A DNA stretch of 64,000 bases from contig NW_027192200.1 in assembly GCF_041956535.1 (NCBI RefSeq), positions 515,477-579,476 of the forward strand, read 5' to 3'. This DNA comes from Calcarisporiella thermophila CBS 279.70. Taxonomy: Eukaryota > Fungi > Calcarisporiellomycota. The stretch's first letter is position 1; every line of letters starts with the position of its first letter. The translations under genes were made by a program, and so were the position numbers. The notes under the pieces were generated by a model. It saw only the letters and a program-made list of their open reading frames with translations. It was not told the DNA's origin and made no database searches. This document shows, piece after piece, positions 61,724 to 64,000 of this stretch.

Positions 61724-62219
61724 GATTAAGACAGCATCCACAGGAAGCCTAGACGTTCGAGCTAAAAAGTAATAACTACCGACAACAGGATAGCGGCTTT
61801 AAGGAAATGGAAAATGGAGGGGGAGAGACTGAATCTAAATAGAATCTAACTAGGATATTGTGGGAAATATAAATCAAACAGAAGGGGTGTAGTTATGGCA
61901 CTAAAGAGCGAAAGGGGTTGATGGGCATTTCAGCATAAATTATAGAGCAGTGACATATCGGGAGAAGGGTCAAGTACCTACAAGCACCGTCGAGATGGGT
62001 ACATTCTTTCTTCTTCACGTATAATTAGAAAACAAAAAAAAAGAGAAAGCAGAAACAAGTTTGTTGGTGTGAAATTGAATCGAGAAAACCAGCAACTCCT
62101 AAGAGCTCCGACTGATTCCTCCTATAATGCGTATTAAATTTCTATTAAATTTATTATTTTAATACCGAAACCACAAAATAAATCTAATGATAGAGGTGTT
62201 GGAGCTTTTGAGGACGTGT

Positions 62220-62941
62220 CTAGACTGGAAGTGCCCCTTGGGTAAATTCTCCCTCGACTCCAGGCTCTAGTAGGGCGGCGTGTCCAAGAACAATAACACC
62301 TGACGCACCTAGATTGTCACAACCAGGGTTAGTTACAAAAGGTCTGCAAAAGGTCCAAAAGCGACTCACCAATTAACCAAAATGCGGCCGATCCGGCACC
62401 CCTAATTACAATCAATTCCATGTCAATTACACATATGTCTGTGAAGTAAGGACAACATAAACCTCATGATACGTACGAGATCCATAGAAGTGGAATGCCG
62501 AGACCCACCAAGCCGGCATAGAGCTGCTTGTGAGTGACGGGGTAAGTTCCAAGCATGATGGGCTCGTTTGCAGGCCGCGTCGAAACGAAGGCGAACCCCA
62601 GCAACAAGAAGATGAGTGTGAACAACAGCCAGAGATTGGTGATTCTAGTCAGGTTCATCAGATTAATCCTGGTCGAGCCTAAATCTGCTCCCGCAGAGGA
62701 GCGGGGCGAAGATGACGCCAACTTACATAACATAGATAATGAGCCCAAGCACCAAAAGCAAGTAGTTGGCCTTGAAGTATGGCAGATTTGCGTTCCAGCG
62801 CTGCGTGACCTCTTGGAAGTTGTTTGGCTTGCTGATCCGATTCTTGTCAAACATTTCACCCATGGGGCGTAGGTTTACAAAATGCTCATCGCGAATGCGT
62901 TGAACAACGGATGGCATCTGTATCTGGCTGATCTGATCCAT
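62220..62941 (-). CDS. YIP3: PRA1/Yip3 prenylated Rab acceptor, 4 exons
   Basis: LRPMGEMFD..RISKP, RWNANLPYFKANY, ITNLWLL, AGSAAFWLIGASGVIVLGHAALLEPGVEGEF. Confidence 0.92.
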
Positions 62942-63673
62942 GCTGGGTAGTAGAGTGAACGGATGGAGATGAATCGGAAAGATATTTTTCTACCTCCTCC
63001 TCCCCCCCTTAATTTGATTCAAAAATATATCAGGAAAGGTGCCGCAGTAGGCCTTCGAAAATAGAAAGGGATCTTGGGAGCCAAGAAATGCCACGACGCA
63101 GGACTATTTTAAGCATCTTGCCACTTGTCGGAGAAATAGTGGTTAAGCTAGAATTACGGATGGCCGGCGCAATTCGATGACTAAAATGAATATATTTTCC
63201 AAAGATCCCCTAAAAGTAACAAGTCTGAGTACTGAGCAAAAACTACCCAAATGAGAAAAAGGAGTGTACAGGAAATGGCAACTAAGGAAAGGCAAGTTGG
63301 AATAAAAGTAAACCAAACTCGAGAGAAGGGAAGGAGAGGCATTTACACAATTTCATCCAAAAGAATAGAAATATAAAAAGCGGCGCAAAATATCGACAGA
63401 GAGGAATAAGAAAAAGGAATGAAGCAACCGAATGCAAACGAGAAAACTAGGAGGAATAAGCGCTAATAAAAAAAAAAGAGTAAATAGCATATGAGATAAT
63501 AAATATACCACAGGAAGTTTTTTCCTTAAGAAAAATAAAAGAATATTCATGAATGAAAAAATATTAAAATCCTTCAATGAAATATATAAACTGTTGATAG
63601 CAAAGGGAAAAAGAAAAACAAAGCAAAAGGGAAATAATGTGATGTGATGAGACTGATTTCAGATGTATAAAAG

Positions 63674-63701
63674 AAGAAAGAGAAAGAGAAAGAGAAAGAG
63701 A
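63674..63701. repeat. (AGAAAG)n hexamer microsatellite
   Basis: About 4.5 tandem copies. Confidence 0.75.
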
Positions 63702-63861
63702 ATAAAAAAAAATGTATATATAAACCATCAAAGGGGGGAGGGGGCCAAGGGGCCCCTTTGGTAAAAGCAAAAAAAAAAAAAAAAGGAATGACCACAAGAT
63801 CCTTAAGAGGTGAATGAAGCATCATTTTTATACCGATATAGTTCTTTTGTAGCGCCCACAA

Positions 63862-64000
63862 TTAATCCCAAGGGCGCCAGGGTCCAGCATTCTTTTCGAG
63901 CCCCTCCTCGCCGACGGGCGACACGGACGAGCCCAGCCGGCCACTTTGATCTAGAAGCGCACTGCAGCTGCGTGGCCTGCCCTTCACGCGGATCTCCTTG
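63862..64000 (-). CDS. 3' end of a gene running off the window, ending ..GPWRPWD*
   Basis: GC-rich open frame KEIRVKGRPRSCSALLDQSGRLGSSVSPVGEEGLEKNAGPWRPWD* that switches to AT-rich 3'UTR-like sequence after the stop. Confidence 0.5.
   Translation of the reverse strand, partial: KEIRVKGRPRSCSALLDQSGRLGSSVSPVGEEGLEKNAGPWRPWD

Noticed and set aside
1-64000. Selenoprotein (in-frame TGA plus SECIS), TGA-CTA readthrough, hammerhead ribozyme, tRNA or CRISPR array
   Set aside because: No reconstructed gene needs an in-frame TGA, the stop contexts I checked are not TGA-CTA, CTGATGA hits lack the stem-II/GAAA context, and no cloverleaf or repeat-spacer array was seen by eye.

Overview
Eukaryotic, gene-dense DNA with short GT-AG introns (about 50-110 nt), most consistent with an early-diverging (zygomycete-grade) fungus. 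It combines fungal markers (chitin synthase, Opy2, Ecl1, Alb1, Pga2, Hmt1) with genes shared with animals (Cables-like cyclin, R3HCC1-like protein, GNPAT/GPAM-type acyltransferase). The species cannot be determined from the sequence. About 27 protein genes were reconstructed by hand across introns, including several the ORF track misses or fragments (RPL41, ECL1, ALB1, RHO4, a one-finger C2H2 protein). I found no rRNA, tRNA, CRISPR array or recognisable transposon. One assembly gap (22602-22803) sits in a (GA)n tract within an intron. No multi-gene novel system is demonstrable. The best leads are: a candidate minus-strand structured RNA at about 50.05-50.34 kb; an atypical eIF4E-family protein with a long disordered N-terminus that lacks the eIF4G-binding Trp; a prokaryote-type Dph6/MJ0570-like ATP pyrophosphatase; two orphan small secreted Cys-containing proteins; a structured RPL41 3'UTR; and a dense cluster of PacC/Rim101-type sites upstream of a bHLH gene. 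All family assignments come from motif recognition by eye, not from database searches.
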